Assembly (NCBI RefSeq): GCF_044704955.1
Contig: NC_092002.1
Location: 11,780,001 to 11,844,000 of the forward strand
Direction: 5' to 3'
Length of the DNA stretch: 64,000 nt
DNA from: Pristiophorus japonicus
Taxonomy: Eukaryota
Shown here: piece by piece, positions 62,860 to 64,000 of the stretch
Numbering within the stretch: the stretch's first letter is position 1
How the letters are laid out: each line of letters opens with the position of its first letter
Position numbers and translations under genes: made by a program
Notes under the pieces: generated by a model
Told to the model about the DNA's origin: nothing
The model's input: the letters and a program-made list of their open reading frames with translations, nothing else
Database searches by the model: none

Positions 62860-63620
62860 TACCATTCTCATCTGGTCTGGGGGGGGGGGAATATCCCATT
62901 CCCCGAGTTGAGGGCGGGGGGGAATATCCCATTCCCCTGAGCCTGGGGGGAGGGGGAATATCCCATTCCCCCTGAGCCTGGGGGGAGGGGGAATATCCCA
63001 TTCCCCCTGAGCCTGGGGGGAGGGGGAATAACCCATTCCCCCTGAACCTGGGGGGAGGGGGAATAACCCATTCCCCCTGAACCTGGGGGGAGAGGGAATA
63101 ACCCATTCCCCCTGAACCTGGGGGGAGGGGGAATAACCAATTCCCCCTGAGCTTTGGGGGGGGGGGGGAGATAATAACCCATTCCCCGAGCCTGGGGGGA
63201 GGGTCTCCCAGGGACATCCCATTCCCCCTGAGCCCTGGGAGAGCAATATCCCATTCCCCCTGAGCCTGGGGGGGGGGAGGGGGAATAATCCCATTCCCCC
63301 TGAGCCTGGGGGGAGGGGCAGGGGAATATCCCATTCCCCCTGAGCCTTGGGGGGGGGGGGGGAAGAGAGGGCGGGGGGGGGGAAGAGAGGGCGGGGGGGG
63401 GGAAGAGAGGGCGGGGGGGGGGGAAGAGAGGGCGGGGGGGGGGGAAGAGAGGGCGGGGGGGGGGGAAGAGAGGGCGGGGGGGGGGAAGAGAGGGCGGGGG
63501 GGGGAAGAGAGGGCGGGGGGGGGGAAGAGAGGGCGGGGGGGGGAAGAGAGGGGGGGGGGGGAATATCCCATTCCCCCTGAGCCTGGGGGGAGGGTCTCCC
63601 AGGGACATCCCATTCTCGCC
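62860..63620. repeat. G-rich tandem repeats (about 33-bp GGGGGAATATCCCATTCCCCCTGAGCCTGGGGG and about 21-bp GGGAAGAGAGGGCGGGGGGG)
   Basis: Direct repeats in YIF1B intron 1. Confidence 0.9.
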
Positions 63621-63760
63621 TACCCCCTCAGTGCCGGGGGGGGGGGGGGGGGACTGGATTCCTCGCCCGCTGCTATATGTAGACGAGGAAGCGGACGGTG
63701 CTGGCCGCCTCTGCCGCCGCCTGAGGGGGGAAATAAAATCGGGCCACGTACGTAACTTAC

Positions 63761-63797
63761 GCTGTCGGAAGCCGTCCGCGGGGCGGCCGCTGTCCAT
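63761..63797 (-). CDS. YIF1B: YIF1B exon 1 (alternative donor extends it to 63752)
   Basis: Kozak gccATGG; MDSGRPADGFRQ then C|gtaagt, phase 1 matching exon 2; CpG-rich context. Confidence 0.8.
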
Positions 63798-63799
63798 GG

Positions 63800-64000
63800 C
63801 GAGAGGAGCGGGGCCCGGCCGCTCGCGCTCGGCCCCAACCGCCGGAGGGAGAGGGCGGTGCCTGCGTGCTGATCGACAGCCGCCTCGGCCAATCAGCGAG
63901 CGAGCGGCTCCTGGCTAACGCCTGCGCACTGCGAGCCCGGGCCGCCGGCTGATGGACAGCTGCTTCGGCCAATCAGCGAGCGGCCCCTGGCCAACGCCTG
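63800..64000 (-). promoter_or_regulatory. YIF1B CpG-island promoter / 5'UTR with duplicated CCAAT motif
   Basis: CGGCCAATCAGCGAGCG occurs twice (near 63886 and 63966). Confidence 0.65.

Overview
Vertebrate genomic DNA, not prokaryotic. The repeat families suggest a cartilaginous fish (inference). Four spliced genes can be rebuilt by hand with canonical splice sites and consistent reading phases: the 5' part of MIA (-), SNRPA/U1A (-, 278 aa), ACTMAP/C19orf54 (+, 295 aa, head-to-head with SNRPA and containing a U12-type intron) and YIF1B (-, 305 or 308 aa). Introns are packed with CR1, L2, RTE and Penelope-like retroelements, Deu-type tRNA SINEs, MITE-like elements, a solo LTR and minisatellites. 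Main observation: a Tx1-like non-LTR element appears to insert at one site (TCCTTGTGCATGAA) of a CR1 LINE (48955-49266, 14-bp TSD). A chimera of U1 snRNA nt 1-145 plus the same Tx1 3' tail, joined to the same CR1 target sequence (17194-17495), looks like a SINEU-type element, and it lies in sense orientation inside an intron of the U1A gene. The SNRPA 3'UTR keeps a PIE autoregulatory element with one degenerate U1A box plus a 9-nt U1 site. A CR1 insertion in ACTMAP intron 1 captured a copy of the local promoter. All calls are by eye; repeat boundaries are approximate and no database search was run.
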